A stretch of 64,000 bases of DNA. It comes from Schizosaccharomyces osmophilus (taxonomy: Eukaryota). The translations under genes and the position numbers were made by a program. Below are positions 35,973 through 49,536 of the stretch, piece after piece. Every line of letters begins with the position of its first letter. Within the stretch, counting starts at the first letter, position 1. The stretch lies in contig NC_079240.1 in assembly GCF_027921745.1 (NCBI RefSeq), positions 1,178,001-1,242,000 of the forward strand, in the 5' to 3' direction. The notes under the pieces were generated by a model. The model did no database searches, was not told the DNA's origin, and was given only the letters and a program-made list of their open reading frames with translations.

Positions 35973-36948
35973 TTATCCTGATATTAACGAATTCGGTCAA
36001 ACTGAATGTAAAGAACAAAGGATACTTTATAGATAGATTTTAGTAAAGGGAAAAGTCAAAATTTCACTGGCATTGGTAAAGAAATTTGACTTTTCAGGTG
36101 GACTATATCGCTTAAGCGAAATGCTTAAATATCGCTTAGCATGAGCTTGAAATTAGAAAAGTGACGTTGAAGTATTTTTGTAAACAAATGCTCTTGGCTA
36201 GAAATAAGAAAGATATAACTAATAAATGAGTTAGCATTAGTTTGGTAAGCTTGCTTGATTTGACTAAAGGCTTTTGGCGACGGTTTTCCCAAAAGAAGAA
36301 ACGCAAAATATCAAAAAATTTATGTACCCAAGAGCAATCATTGAAGGCGAATTATTTTCTGGAGAACAACCATTGAAAGAATTTGCACGTCGTATCTATT
36401 GCTAAAAATAGAAGAATCGGTCATGAAACGTTTACTTTACCCCAAGCAATCAGATCTGGGCTAATCAAGAAAGTGGTAATAACTAAGGATATTTAATTCT
36501 ACATTTCATTTATTTTTTATACCGCTTATAAATTCGTAAAATAAGTAGATGAAGGCGCATGAATCCAAGTTGTGCACTGAACATTCTTCATATTAGGGTA
36601 CCTACCTTTAGCCATATACGCACTGTAGGGTCTGACTATCAATTATACACTCTATTCTTTGTATATTATATTCTTTATTCTTTGAAGAAATAATCATTTT
36701 CTTTTTGTCTCTGCGCTTGAAAGACTTGTAAAATTATTTCTCGTTGGAAACTTGCTTTTCCACCTCGTGCGGTTAATAGTTGAAGAGAAAATAACTAGTA
36801 AAAAAATTGAAGGACTCTTTCGCGTAAAGCTATCAAGCGTTTCAACTCCTAGACCCAAAACGTCTCAAACAAGTACTACTGACTTTGAAACCCAAACCGT
36901 TTCGGCCAGCGTATTTGAAACCTTTTTTATACGGGGACGATATTAAAA

Positions 36949-38130
36949 ATGGCTGTTGATACAGAATACTACGAAATTTTGGGAGTATCTCCGGACGTCT
37001 CAAGCCTAGAGATTAAGAAGGCTTACAGGAAATTGGCGGTCAAGTATCACCCCGACAAGAATCCAGAGGACCCTCAGGGTGCTAGCGAGAGGTTTCAGAA
37101 AATCAGCGAGGCATATCAAGTTTTAGGAGACGAACAGCTTCGGTCTCGATACGACTTGCATGGAAAAGAAAAGGCCGTTCCAGAGCAAGGTTTTACTGAC
37201 GCTTATGACTTCTTTGCTAATCTTTTTGGAGGCGCCCCTTTCCGTGAATGGGTAGGAGAGCTTTCCTTTGTCAGGGAAATGTTCCGAGAGGAAGAAGCCA
37301 TGCAAGATGAGATGACTCAAATGAACAAGCAGCAGCTTCTTCTTGATTCAGGAGAAGCAACCCCTACAATAAAACAACAATTTAATGAGAGAAAAAAGAA
37401 TGCCCAAATCCGCGAACGAGAGGCAGCTGCACAGCGGGAACAACAGATGCTCGAAGATAGGAAGAAACGGATTTCTGAAGTCACAAAAAATCTTCAAAAT
37501 CGTGTAGATGGTTGGATTGAAAAGAGTTCTACTGAGGAAGGATTGCGGGTGGTTCGTGAGCAATATAGCAAAGAGGTAGAAACACTACGAATTGAGTCAT
37601 TTGGTGTTGAAATCCTACAAGCCATGGGCGATGTTTATACCCAAAAAGCGCGAAACATAATCAAATCAAGCAAATTTGGAATTGGCGGTTTTTGGAGTCG
37701 GATGAAAGAAAAAGGAAAGATTGCTCGCGATACCTGGGATACCTTATCTGCAGCAATGGATGCTAAGCTTAGTATTGATCAAATGCAAAAACTTGAGAGT
37801 AAAGCGGATGAAGCTACTACGCCCGAAGAACGTGCAAAATTAGAAATGGATATTACAGGGAAAGTTTTGCGTGCCAGTTGGTGTGGCGCTCGATACGATA
37901 TTCAAGGTGTTTTACGAGATGCTTGCAACAATCTTTTACGAAAGAGTGTACCTGTCGACTTGAGAATGAAGCGTGCATACGCTCTTCTCGAAATTGGCAC
38001 CGTTTTTAGTCAGGTAGAAGCTGATCCTGATGATCCTCATAGAGTATTTGAGAATCTTATCTTAGAAGATAAGAAGAAGAAAAAAAAAAGGAATAAGGAA
38101 AACGTTGCCAAAGAACCCCCTAAAACTTAA
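36949..38130 (+). CDS. DnaJ protein, Caj1/Djp1 type
   Basis: J domain with HPD, DnaJ-X region ESFGVEIL. Confidence 0.92.
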   Translation: MAVDTEYYEILGVSPDVSSLEIKKAYRKLAVKYHPDKNPEDPQGASERFQKISEAYQVLGDEQLRSRYDLHGKEKAVPEQGFTDAYDFFANLFGGAPFREWVGELSFVREMFREEEAMQDEMTQMNKQQLLLDSGEATPTIKQQFNERKKNAQIREREAAAQREQQMLEDRKKRISEVTKNLQNRVDGWIEKSSTEEGLRVVREQYSKEVETLRIESFGVEILQAMGDVYTQKARNIIKSSKFGIGGFWSRMKEKGKIARDTWDTLSAAMDAKLSIDQMQKLESKADEATTPEERAKLEMDITGKVLRASWCGARYDIQGVLRDACNNLLRKSVPVDLRMKRAYALLEIGTVFSQVEADPDDPHRVFENLILEDKKKKKKRNKENVAKEPPKT

Positions 38131-38265
38131 AAACCAGTCAGAATCCTTTAAGTCCTTGAAGCCTTGTTTTCCCATCGATTATTTCATGTTTGCTACATAA
38201 CAAGCTTAGAATAGTTAACTCTAATTTTCCCCATTAAATATTATTTTGAATATATATGCTAAAGC

Positions 38266-39508
38266 TTAATTACGCTCAGAATACTGTACATAATATCTTG
38301 GTTCTGGTATCGAAAGTCGACGGTGCTTTTCCATTAACAAACGTTCTGAATGACTTCCGCTCACCAAAGATTCAATCGCTGCTCGTAGTGTGCAACTAAA
38401 ATCTTTGATTTGGATTTCGGTTTTTATGTCCGTCACAGAACGTTCTTGAGTAGGCTTGTATACATGGAAAAGCAACTTCAATGCATCCAAAGTTTTCGTA
38501 GAAGTATTAAACATATGCGAAAGTACAGAGCCGCGCGGTAGTATCCATTGTTGTTCAGGGGCTTCCTTGAGTTGGAAAACGATATCGAAATGCTGACGAA
38601 CTGTCTTTCTGTCATTGAGAAGACTGTTTACGAACTCGTCTTTGTCATGTTGATTTAGCGTTAGAGTTATGCGTTTACGAGGTGGTTTTTTGGCACGTCG
38701 TGGTGATGGAAAAGTGCTAGGTCCTATAAGCTCGTTATGAAGAAGGATGCACTGTTCAGGAGTCCCTAGCCCCTTTGCTATTTTTTTCAAAATATTCATT
38801 ATCGTAGGGTCTTGCTGAGCTCGGATTCGTAGATGCTGCAGCGATTCATCAGTAACTAAAGGCTCGACAGGTTCTCCAGGTGTATTTTCATAATCTTCGG
38901 GTTTCTTAGGGGACGGGGGTCTATATTGAGGAGGTGGTAGTAAATCTTTCTCGTAGTCTCTCTCTTTTTCATCGACATCCTCTACTCCTGTATCCATCAA
39001 TGAAGCTTGTCGTTTAAGGCTTGGTCTATAGTCTAAACCATTATACTGAGGATTCACATATGATATGTTTGGGGCATTGAAGGGTTCTTTATCAGTATTA
39101 GAATAATGTACAAATGTAAATCTGGTATCTTCAAATCGAAGAGGACCGACGCATAAAGTGGCAGATCCCAAAGACCTGTGATGAGGATAGAGAATACCAC
39201 CGGAAAGGTAATGGTTTTCCCTAGGAGAGAACCTTTCAAAAAGATTTCCGTTTATAACTGACTCCCGGCTTTTCTTGAGGGCACTGAAGAGTATCCTGAT
39301 GTTTGATTAGCTTTAAAAAATACGGCGCTACACACGAGACTTACCTAGGATGATAGCCTTTTTCTAAAGAGCTATTAAAAGCATCACTAGCTCTTGGGAG
39401 TAGTAAAAAATTTGAGCTCACAATCGCTTCAAGCTTTAAAGACTCTGATTCTTCGCGTTCTTTCACCACTTCATCATTTCCTGAATAAATACTCTCATCC
39501 ATACTCAT
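38266..39508 (-). CDS. swc3: SWR1 complex subunit Swc3 (introns near 5' end)
   Basis: VGP..F..T.F and IVFQ.KE.P...WILPR motifs; synteny. Confidence 0.7.
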
Positions 39509-39911
39509 TTTTTAACATTAAATTTTTCTTTTGTATGACTAAATTCCCAGTAAAATCGACATAATTGATTTGGTTAAATCAAACAACCTTTCAAGCAGTG
39601 GATAGTGCAGAAGAAAGGAGTACATCAAACTCTAAGATTACCGCATTAGTAAAACACAAGATCAATGCGAGAAGCAAGGTATGTTGTTAGGTTTACTATA
39701 AAAGTTTTACAAATGTATGCAAATAATGGAGTTCACTAGACTTAAGAGAAAATGTTATCGGGTACCATTTATATCATGAGAGATGTGGAATGAATTATTG
39801 CAAAGAAAAGCAAATAATGGCAACTGTATTACTGCTACAGATAAAGAATGAAGAAGTGGCGATGAGTATTTTAAACGACATGATTTTAGATTGCTATAAA
39901 ACAGGAACTCA

Positions 39912-41858
39912 TTACGATTCATTGTATACAGAAAGAGCTTTATCCAATATATGAGCTGCTGCAATCGCAGCAATTGAACTGAAGGCTTGGGGACTATTAC
40001 CCAAGGACTCACTGGACAGGGAACATTGTTCTGAATAAATAGATAAATGACTTGAATAACGAGCCAAGTCCTCAAACATACTTACAGCGGTGGAAATAAG
40101 CTTTGGATATCCTCGACAACCTGCCATTGCTAGTGCTTCTACTAGCCAAAAACATACCATTATAAAAGCACCTTCATCACCTCCTACGCCATCTTCGTAT
40201 GCAAAGTTATTGTATCGGAATATTAATCCGTTACTCATTAACCCGTTTCTTTCCAACGGCTTCATGATGTTATCCATAGTGCTAAGGAAGCGAGGATCTG
40301 TCGGTGAAATAAATGACACCAAAGGCATAACGAGAACACTGGCATCCAGAATATTGATAGTTTCAAAAGACTGAGCAAAAAATCCGCCATCTGCATTGTA
40401 GCCTAATTTCATAATAGTTTCATAAATTTCATCTCTGGTATCCATCCATTTCGTTCTTTTGGGGCATGGAAGAGATCTACTAAAAGCAATGCGGAGCGCC
40501 CTATCCAAGGCCACCCAGAGCATAATTTTTGAATACAGAAAATTTTTCTCTTGTCCACGCACTTCCCATATGCTTTTGTCAGGTCGTTTCCAATTGTCAC
40601 ATACGTATTCGCATATATCTCGAACTTCTAACCACAAATCGTAAGCTATTGGTTGGCATTTTTTATCGTAAAGATATATAGCATCCATTAGTTCTCCATA
40701 AATATCGAGTTGAAGGTGGCTAACAGCACCATTTCCTATACGAACAGGTCGAGAATCATAGTATCCACGCAAATGGCTTAGTTCTTTCTCCTCAAGGCCA
40801 TCGCTATCTCCTCGAATAGAGTAAACGACATTGATCCCCCCGTCCGCATTCTTTTCTTTCAATATGTGGTATATGAATGACATATATTCAACGGCTTCAG
40901 CTCGGAATCCAAGTTGTGCCAAGGCATAAATTGTAAAAGCAGAGTCGCGAATCCAAGTAAATCGGTAATCCCAATTTCTTACACCGCCCAAGTCTTCTGG
41001 TAACGAAAACGTGGGACTCGCGACAACTGCACCCGTAGGTTCGTAAATCAATAGTTTCAGGGTAAGGGCATTTCTCTGGACAAATTCCCTGTAGCGACCA
41101 GTATAAGTACACTGTTGAATCCATGCTCTCCAGTATCTTTTAGTCGAATCTTCAAGTTTGTCAACCAAATTCGTTGTTATATTATCCACGCTAGGACCAA
41201 ATTGGTCTTGTCGAAATACAAATGTTATCTCCTGACCTTCTTCTATTTCTAAATAGCAGGTAACACCTCCGCCTTCAACGAGTCTTTCTGACGGACGAGT
41301 AACTTCCATAGGAATTGCGATATCATCTTCTGTTGGAATAACGTCCAAAATGAAATGAGGAGATTCAGAAGCAGGAAAGAACTCAGCCTGAAGGTAATTG
41401 TTAAGTTTCGTGATCTTAGTTTCGTGATTTTCTGTTGCATAATTGAATGCTGGAAAGCATTCGAGTTTAATGCGAGCACTACCTCTGATACAGCAAACCC
41501 TTCTAATAAGCCAAGGATATAGTGGCTCGTAATCTTCCCACTGTCGATGAAAAAAGTCAAGCAGTCGAACAACACCACGCTCAGAATAAAACTTTGTATG
41601 TAGCACGTTCGTTGAAGGTTCATACATTTGCTTGCAACTCGATTCTTCTACAGGAGTAATGGAAAAGTGACCAGCTCTGGCATCTAATATGCGAGCGAAT
41701 ACCGAAGGAGAATCGAATTGTGGCCAACACATCATTTCCACAGAACCATCTACAGAAACCATGGCCGAAGTATGCATATTACCCACGAAACCATGATTGT
41801 CAATTTCTCTTGGAGAATAATTTTCGGCACCATACGATAACCTGGAATGAGGAGGCAT
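39912..41858 (-). CDS. Glycoside hydrolase family 15 (glucoamylase/trehalase-like)
   Basis: GN..SA.V...GSV...[42 protein letters not shown]. Confidence 0.92.
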   Translation of the reverse strand: MPPHSRLSYGAENYSPREIDNHGFVGNMHTSAMVSVDGSVEMMCWPQFDSPSVFARILDARAGHFSITPVEESSCKQMYEPSTNVLHTKFYSERGVVRLLDFFHRQWEDYEPLYPWLIRRVCCIRGSARIKLECFPAFNYATENHETKITKLNNYLQAEFFPASESPHFILDVIPTEDDIAIPMEVTRPSERLVEGGGVTCYLEIEEGQEITFVFRQDQFGPSVDNITTNLVDKLEDSTKRYWRAWIQQCTYTGRYREFVQRNALTLKLLIYEPTGAVVASPTFSLPEDLGGVRNWDYRFTWIRDSAFTIYALAQLGFRAEAVEYMSFIYHILKEKNADGGINVVYSIRGDSDGLEEKELSHLRGYYDSRPVRIGNGAVSHLQLDIYGELMDAIYLYDKKCQPIAYDLWLEVRDICEYVCDNWKRPDKSIWEVRGQEKNFLYSKIMLWVALDRALRIAFSRSLPCPKRTKWMDTRDEIYETIMKLGYNADGGFFAQSFETINILDASVLVMPLVSFISPTDPRFLSTMDNIMKPLERNGLMSNGLIFRYNNFAYEDGVGGDEGAFIMVCFWLVEALAMAGCRGYPKLISTAVSMFEDLARYSSHLSIYSEQCSLSSESLGNSPQAFSSIAAIAAAHILDKALSVYNES

Positions 41859-42954
41859 TGATGATAGACGATTATGCCTGTACAGGATTTAACAACAAAG
41901 ATATGTACTTGAAGCCAAAAAAAAAAGAAAAAAAAAACTCTTAAAAAAGATTTCCTCGAGGTGACAAAAGAGAACGTATAAATTTACATTTATTGATCCG
42001 AAACAAGAGCCTTTTCAAAAGTTAGGTCCTTCTCCACTCTTATGCAGAAACCAAAATATGACAAGTTAAAGGCCAAACCCAGATTACTACTGCCAACGAA
42101 TTAAATGAATCAGGTCTGAAGGGAAAATTGCTTGCTAATGGAATTACAAATCTTTTGCTTAGATGTATCCAATGTTTCTTGTTGACAACTGTATCCCAAG
42201 AGCTTGAGAATGACTCACGCAAACGATGAATTTCCAGTTCAACAATGGTTAAAAGAAAAAGGTAAAAAAATTTCAAGATAATTTGGGTTCTTGATTGATT
42301 AAAATAAATGCTGTTTAACGCAAAATGCGAAATTCGTAAGGTAACGTCCGTATGACATATAACTCGTAGGTGAAATTCAAAAGTGGTTTTTGATGAGTTC
42401 ATTCCCTTGTAATCAACTTACTGAATAAGAATTATATGGAGGTCATTATTCCTTTTAATAGAACGCCGTTACGTTTCCAAAAACCTGCAAGGATTCGGTT
42501 ATTAAGTAAATAGGCGAAGAAAGCACAGCTTTATAAAGACCAGGATAAAGTAAGTTCTCTTAGCTATTTAAACATGGTTTCAAACGCAATTGCGTCCTGC
42601 TCAGGAAATGCTAACAGAAAGTAGCTAGGCGAAGTGAAATTCATGATTGCGAAATTCGGATCTACTAAGACCACAAACTGCTGCTTTCTTCGTTATAGAA
42701 AAAAGAAATATTCATTGTTCATATAATCACAATTAGCATAATATCTGCTGATATAGAATGTCAGATTCTAGCAAAGCGTAATTTCCATATATCAAAACTT
42801 GGCAAAAAGAAAAATTTAATAATAGAATAGAATAAAATAAAATAAATACTGTAGGCATTCAAAGATACATACATAGAACAGAAAAATCATTGAAAAAAAA
42901 AGCATAGGACTCATGAAACGTTATCCCAAATACTTAGCGACACATGAAGACGAC

Positions 42955-44016
42955 TTATGCAATGGCAGCAGCATAACTCACGCTACTATCGGACACACTG
43001 ATCGCATGATTGCTTTGGGAATAAGCAATAAACTCAAATTGGTTGGACACTTGAGCTAGTTCCATGGACCTTAAAACCAATTGAATAGGATAACGTCCAC
43101 ATATCGTATTGTGAGTCAAACGGATATACTCGGCAAAATCTTGACTTGATTTTGTCGAAATAATATCCATGCCCATGTGGTCAATAGTGGAAATAGATTC
43201 ATAGATTTTAGGATTTTCAATCGAACCTCTTCTTCGGAAACCGATAATTGCATCCTCCAACTCATTTTTTTCGTTCAGGTACATAGTGTAGCCGAATCTA
43301 CGTCCCCAATGGCAGAAATCAGAAGAAACAATAAAAGCATTCTTTTCGTCTACAATGTAATTACAAAGGATGTTTGCTGCTGTTTGGATAGCTTCTGAGC
43401 TCAGAGCACCAATCATGATGGGAACAATCTTTACTTTATCGAGACGGCCTTGTTTTCGTAAGTGGTACGCTAACAAGGGAAATTGCATTTCGATGCTATG
43501 TTCCTGTTCATCGGCTGCTAGACTCATTTCATTGAAACAATTGTCATTTTGCTCCATAATGTCCTGACATACTTTTGACGGTTAGCAACTTTTGTTTCAA
43601 TTCTTCATTTTTCATCAACAATCTGTTTTTCATACCTTCTTGATCTACCACAAGGTTTCCAAAGGGTGTTTCGCACACTTCGGCTTGAGTCACTAGACAC
43701 TTTCGAGTAAAGACATGGTGTGAAGGTCCCAAAACGAAAACTCGTTCCTTGTTTGTGAAATCAATTTTTTGGAATGCCTGATTCGCTATCTTACCACTAT
43801 ACATGTAACCCGCATGTCTAAAGCATACGGTCAGTCAACTGTCACTCATAAAAATTGCTGTGATCCTTCGATAATCACTTACGGTGAAATTATAAATCGC
43901 TTTCCGTCAATAACAGAATCAGGTACATTTGGTAAGCCTACGAGCTGCTTCTCAAGCAAAGTAGGATTGTCGATATACCATGATCCAGCATGAGCAGCAT
44001 TACGCGATTTATCCAT
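42955..44016 (-). CDS. MEMO1-family protein (2 introns)
   Basis: HAGSWY, HAGYMYSG, LGPSHH, EHSIEMQ, SSDFCHWG, TICGRYPI, SSVSYA. Confidence 0.93.
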
Positions 44017-44376
44017 CGTCCTTGCTGTCTGAATTCCAAAATTTTACCAAGTTTTTTTTGTAGGACTAATTTAACAATATTTTGTTTAAACTAAGCAAGC
44101 GTTTGAAGGAGAATGAGGTGAGTTACTTTTGAGGTCGGTGAGTCTTTTACGTTATATGCGTGACGATTACCAACAGCTGAAAGCCAGGAACGTCTTTCTC
44201 AAACATTGTTCTATTTGTTAAATTAATATTTAAAAAATAATATATACTTTATTTAATTCAGCATTATTTAGCATAAGTAAATGTGTGAATTGGACGTTCA
44301 CGAACAAACATAAGGATGGGAGTAGAAATGGTTTCGGCCTGACATGGCGCATGAAAAGATCCATTTTCAATTATTT

Positions 44377-44461
44377 ACGCGTTTTCTATTTCTATAAACC
44401 ACACCGTTTGCTTTACAAGGTTATTTTACAATTCGAGTTTATTTACGTTTCACCTACGCGT
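44377..44461. promoter_or_regulatory. Two MCB elements upstream of srs2
   Basis: ACGCGT at 44377 and 44456. Confidence 0.55.
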
Positions 44462-44596
44462 TTCACTTATTATAAGGTACAGATATGTTTGTGCTGAAAA
44501 CTACCAAACATTTCCTACTCTGTCTTTTAATCCAAGTCCAACAGACTTTTCTTTCATTTATTTATTAAAGTAAGACTTCTAATGCTAAATTATTGA

Positions 44597-47406
44597 ATGG
44601 CATCCACACCGTCTTATTTACAGTCTTTAAATACTCAGCAGCGACTGAGCGTTGAGTCTGACCATAAGTATACGCAAATTTTGGCAGGTCCCGGTTCAGG
44701 AAAAACGCGTGTTTTGACTTCCCGAGTTGCTTACCTGTTACAAGTTGCAAACTGTAATCCTCGAGATCTAATAGTTGCGACTTTCACCAATAAAGCAGCA
44801 AACGAAATTAAGCAAAGGATCCACACTCTCCTTGGAAACGAGAAGTCTTCCAAAATAGTATCTGGAACATTTCATTCTATTGCCTATAAGTACTTGTCTG
44901 TATATGGAAAGCACATTGGACTAAGTTCAAAGTGGTTAGTGGCTGACAGAAGCGATGCGTAAGTCTCAGACTTGGAAAAAGGAGCTATACTAACTCTTAT
45001 TTAACTAGAAAATCCATAGTTAAGCGGTTGTTGACGACTTTAAAAAAGGCAGATAATACATTAGCTAGTGGAATTCGTGGACAAGAATTAACACCCGAGA
45101 ATGTCTTAACCAGGATATCGAAAATGAAATCATCCGGATTACTTGCAAAGTCTGATAGTCCTGAACTCGTTTTACTACCAGGAATGGATACTCCACCGCC
45201 CGAACTACAAAGTTATCAATCCACCGAGCTTTACAAGCTATATCAAACAACACTGAGAAAAACCAATTTAATGGTACGCTAAAAAAAGCAGCTAGAAATT
45301 CACTAACATCATAAGGACTTTGACGATCTTCTATTACATTTTATCCTTTTGCTTCAAACGTATCCATCGTGTATAGCGAATATTAAACATATTCTAATTG
45401 ACGAATTTCAAGACACCAGCAGGATTCAATATTATTTATTAAAGCTCTTATCCCAAAACGATACAGCCATTACTATTGTCGGCGATCCCGATCAATCGAT
45501 TTACGGTTTCCGAAGTGCTGAAATAGAAAACTTAAATAGAATGAAAAAGGATTTCCAAGGGACACAGATACTAAACTTAGAAATGAACTACCGGTCTGCG
45601 CATTGCATTTTGGAATTAGCTCTCTCGATTATATCCCAAGACAAAACAAGGCCGCAGAAAGATATCAGGAGTGATTATTCAATGTCCTTAAGGCCATCTT
45701 ACCGCACCTTTGAAACCAATCAGAAAGAATCTTATTGGATTGCTTGTGAAATAAAACGTATCGTGGAATGTTGTCCCCAATTATTTACATATGATGATGT
45801 AGCCATTCTAGTAAGGTCGTCGAGTTTGACTAGAAGTTTAGAACATGCCTTGACGGAAGTTGGTGTGTCGTATAGAATGGTGGGAGTTCATAAGTTCTTT
45901 GACAGAGAAGAAGTACGCGATATGGTAGCTTATGCGAGAGTGATTGCCAATCGAGATCCAACATCGTTAATTCGAATCCTTAATACTCCCGCTAGAAATA
46001 TCGGAAAGACAAAGATTGATCGTCTTCTCGAAGAGACTGAACGGCGAAACCTTCCACTCTGGCAAACCCTAGTTCAGGTAAGCGAAAACTATATTCTCCT
46101 ATCTCAAAGACAAGACAAATCATTTTTAAAGTCTTTAAAGACTTTTATTGGATTGATAGAAGACCTCGACAGAGAATCGCATGATAAAGATAAGTCGGTT
46201 AGCGACTTATTATCTTCTGTTTTGCGTGAAATCAAATATTATGACTTTCTACGCAAAAAGAATCCAGAGACATATGACGAAAAATGGGATAATGTGATGG
46301 AATTGGTTCATCAAAGCGACGTTCTTGCTCAACAAGAAGAAGTGAGTTTAATAGAGGAAGGACCCCAAGAGATTCCTCTTCATAAGTTCCTTGCACATGT
46401 CACTTTAGCAAGCAACGATAAAGAAGAAGACAAATCTTCAAAGGTTACCATTTCTACCTTACATGCTGCAAAAGGCTTGGAATGGCCAGTCGTTTTTCTC
46501 CCTTGTGTTTGTGAAAATATAATTCCTCACTCACGTTCAGACGACGTTGATGAAGAAAGAAGGTTACTCTATGTGGGTATAACACGTGCACAAGCTTTAT
46601 TATATATATCGTCATTTCAAGGTTCAGTCGGATCCTACAGTGATGCTGAGAGTTTTAGCTCCAAGCAGGATATTAGCAGTTTTCTGAGAAGCTATGAGAC
46701 AACAAAGTATTTATCAGAACAAGATATTGTATTCAATAATCAGCTAGCTTCTGAAATCAGTATTATATTGAATCGGAAGGAGTACGGCACCGTTAAAAAC
46801 ATTAGCATACAAGATATAAATGAGCGATCAAATAAGGCACATCAGAACGAAATAATATATACAGATAAGCCAGCTTTCGTGTGTTCTCGTTCATTAGCGG
46901 AAACGGAATTAAAGAAAAGAGTTAGGGATCAAGAATTCATGGGAGTTCCTGACGAGCCATCTGAAAAAGAAAATGCGTCAAAAAGAAAAGGAAACGTTGA
47001 TATAAGAGAGTTCTTTTCAAAGAAGGAAGACCCTCGGTTGGGATTAAACATAGGCAAAACCGACTTTTCCTATCAACAACAAAAGCAGACGTTAGTGAAC
47101 AACGGTTCAAACAATAGACTTCATGGAATTTCGGTAAAAGATATAGGGAAAAGAAAGATACCAAGAAGAACTATCTCAACTGAGAAACCTGCAAAATATG
47201 AAGAAGCCAGCTCTTTTTCTAGTCCAAGCACAAATAAGCAATCCACGCATTCTCTCATCAATGAGGAAAAGGAACAGTTGAAGGATATAAAAACGAGTGA
47301 AAGGGAGTCAGCGAACGAGAATACTTCTAAAAACCCATTACAAATATCTCAAGCTCCGAGAAAGAAGCGATTAGGAGTAAGGCTTCGTGTTTCCCGGATG
47401 CTGTAA
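44597..47406 (+). CDS. srs2: UvrD-family DNA helicase Srs2 (2 introns)
   Basis: AGPGSGKT, DEFQD, VGDPDQSIYGFR, NYRS, TLHAAKGLEW, EERRLLYVGITRA. Confidence 0.95.
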
Positions 47407-47427
47407 ATTAGATTTAGTATAACATAA

Positions 47428-47853
47428 TTAAATACAGTCAAGACATCTTGCGTTTGTCTTCTCACTCATGTAACTATAAATTCGCATTAACAATTTTTAG
47501 TCAAAGAGGTTTGGTATAAGGACTTACACAAGCGTCGAGCAATTTCTGCAAACTGGTCGAGTACAGTGATCGCAATTATTTAGAAGGGTTAATGTTTCGC
47601 AAAATTCGCAAGGACCATCAGAAGAAGATTCCTGTTCGTCTGTTACAAAGTTTACCTTTTCTGAAAACACCAGATCAGTAGTATCTTTGCTGTGATTTCC
47701 TCGCATAAAAAACAAGCCAAGGAATGTTTTTACTATGATGTTAAATATACAAATCACAAAATGCTCTGACAGGTTTTACGTACAGTCCATTTGATTTTTG
47801 TTTTTCTTCGTGTTCATTTCAAGACACGGCGATTCATCACGAGATCTTTTCAT
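47428..47853 (-). CDS. Small spliced Cys-rich protein with four CxxC pairs
   Basis: MKRSRDE..., GT-AG introns join to CEFC, CDHC, CRNC and terminal CLDCI*. Confidence 0.7.
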
Positions 47854-48232
47854 GTTCGGTTTATTATAAGTTTAATGCAATCCTAAGTCTCCTAAAAACA
47901 AGTTATTTGAAGGCTCCCTCACTTTTAAAATAATTGTGGGATGGTTGTATAGAGGATCGAAGAGTGCGAAGAATAGAAACACTAGAGAGCGATTTTGTTA
48001 TAAGGCTTAGTTTATTATATTCGTTTTATTTAATTTTTTTACGAAGTGTCTTCTAAACATAAGTCTTCAAAAGGACATTCGACGCGTAACTTGAATTTTG
48101 AATTTTCATATTAGTTCATTGGGCTTTTTAAAACTTGAAAGTCTTTATTTTGTCTATTGTAGGAAAGTAACAAAATAATTGCGGTCAATCTTTACGAAAT
48201 TAGAGGTTTTTGCTTTTGACCATACATCCAAC

Positions 48233-48772
48233 ATGGAGGAAACAGTGCAAAAGATTTTTAAAGCGCAAGACACAAGAACACAGTTGTATAAAGAGTTTGA
48301 AGAGTAAGTGGATATCATAAAGATTCTGGTTTAACCTAGGAAAGGGCATTGAAGGCAAATCATGAAAAAACAATTGGATTGGAGCAAATGGGAATCGTTG
48401 TCCAACTTGTAACAGAAGGTTTAAATGAGGTTTCCTTAGATATCAGAAAGCTTCAAGCGAGTTTAAGCAGCCCTCAGTTACAGAGTTACGTGGATCAACT
48501 GCAAGGATTGGAGCAATCCAAATTACAAAAGGTAAGGGACAAATGATCACTTAAGTATAAATTGCTCATTACTTTGATGACTAGACAATAAAAATTGAAC
48601 AGTTATCCCTGCCTTCAAATATCAAAGATCATAGTTCAGAAACTGAACAGCTAAAAGAAGAGTACGTTTTCCGGATACACATCAATGGTTTGCTTGTTAA
48701 CATAGCAAAAGGATTAATGCTTTAATTTTGAAGATCAATGATACAATTCAGAGTATAAAGGACGAACTTTAA
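48233..48772 (+). CDS. Small coiled-coil protein (REX1BD-like), 3 introns
   Basis: IFKAQDTR..LYKEFEE, VTEGLNEVS, LQGLEQSKL; splice signals; synteny. Confidence 0.75.
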
Positions 48773-48806
48773 AAGGATAGGATTTGGTGTTCTTGGGTAC
48801 ATCCAG

Positions 48807-49249
48807 CTAGCCAGAAAATGTGGTTGATGGAGAATTATTTACCTTTCATTATAATAAAATTTAAAGGAAGTAGAAACAGTTGAGCAATTTTAGTTGGGCT
48901 GGGTTAAATATTTCTTACCAAGTCTACAAGAATTGGCGTTGCCAAAAGAACGAGTTCGAAAAGAATGTTGACTTTCTTTTCTTCAAAGCAATGGAAAGAA
49001 CCTTTATAGAGCTTGGTAATGGTTTATTGGGAATACATATATGGTTACCAGACTGTGTATCCAGTTTAGAGTGAAACCAAGGTGTTACGTCTAAACCCAG
49101 CTTTAAGAAAGTAGAAAAATAGAAAGTTTCTGAATTTACCTAACACGTTTATAGAATCCAGCAGCCTTCAGGTTAGGTTTCAGTAGAGTGCTTACCAAGT
49201 GTACTTTGATGAAGTATGTCAAATCGGTATCCTCTGACGGAAAACTCAT
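48807..49249 (-). CDS. Candidate unannotated multi-exon small gene (~88 aa)
   Basis: ATG plus GTAAGC, GTAACC and GTAAGA donors join into an open frame; branch sites weak. Confidence 0.3.
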
Positions 49250-49536
49250 CAATGGCTATTCTTGAAAAATGATAAAGTAAGTTTGACTTGGTACTAGAAA
49301 AGCATGGCGCTGATCGTACATTCGTAAGATTTGAGCTCTGAGAGTTTGCTTTGCTTTTGATATCTGAATATATATAATGATCTTGAATTGAGATACATAT
49401 AATAAAGAGACAAGGGTCATTTACTAAGTACATAAAAATGCTCACTATAATTTGATGGCAGACTTCTCGTCTCTTTCCTTTAGCCTATACCCTTTCATCT
49501 TGGATTGGTTTTGGTATTTCGTGTTTCTTATTAAAT

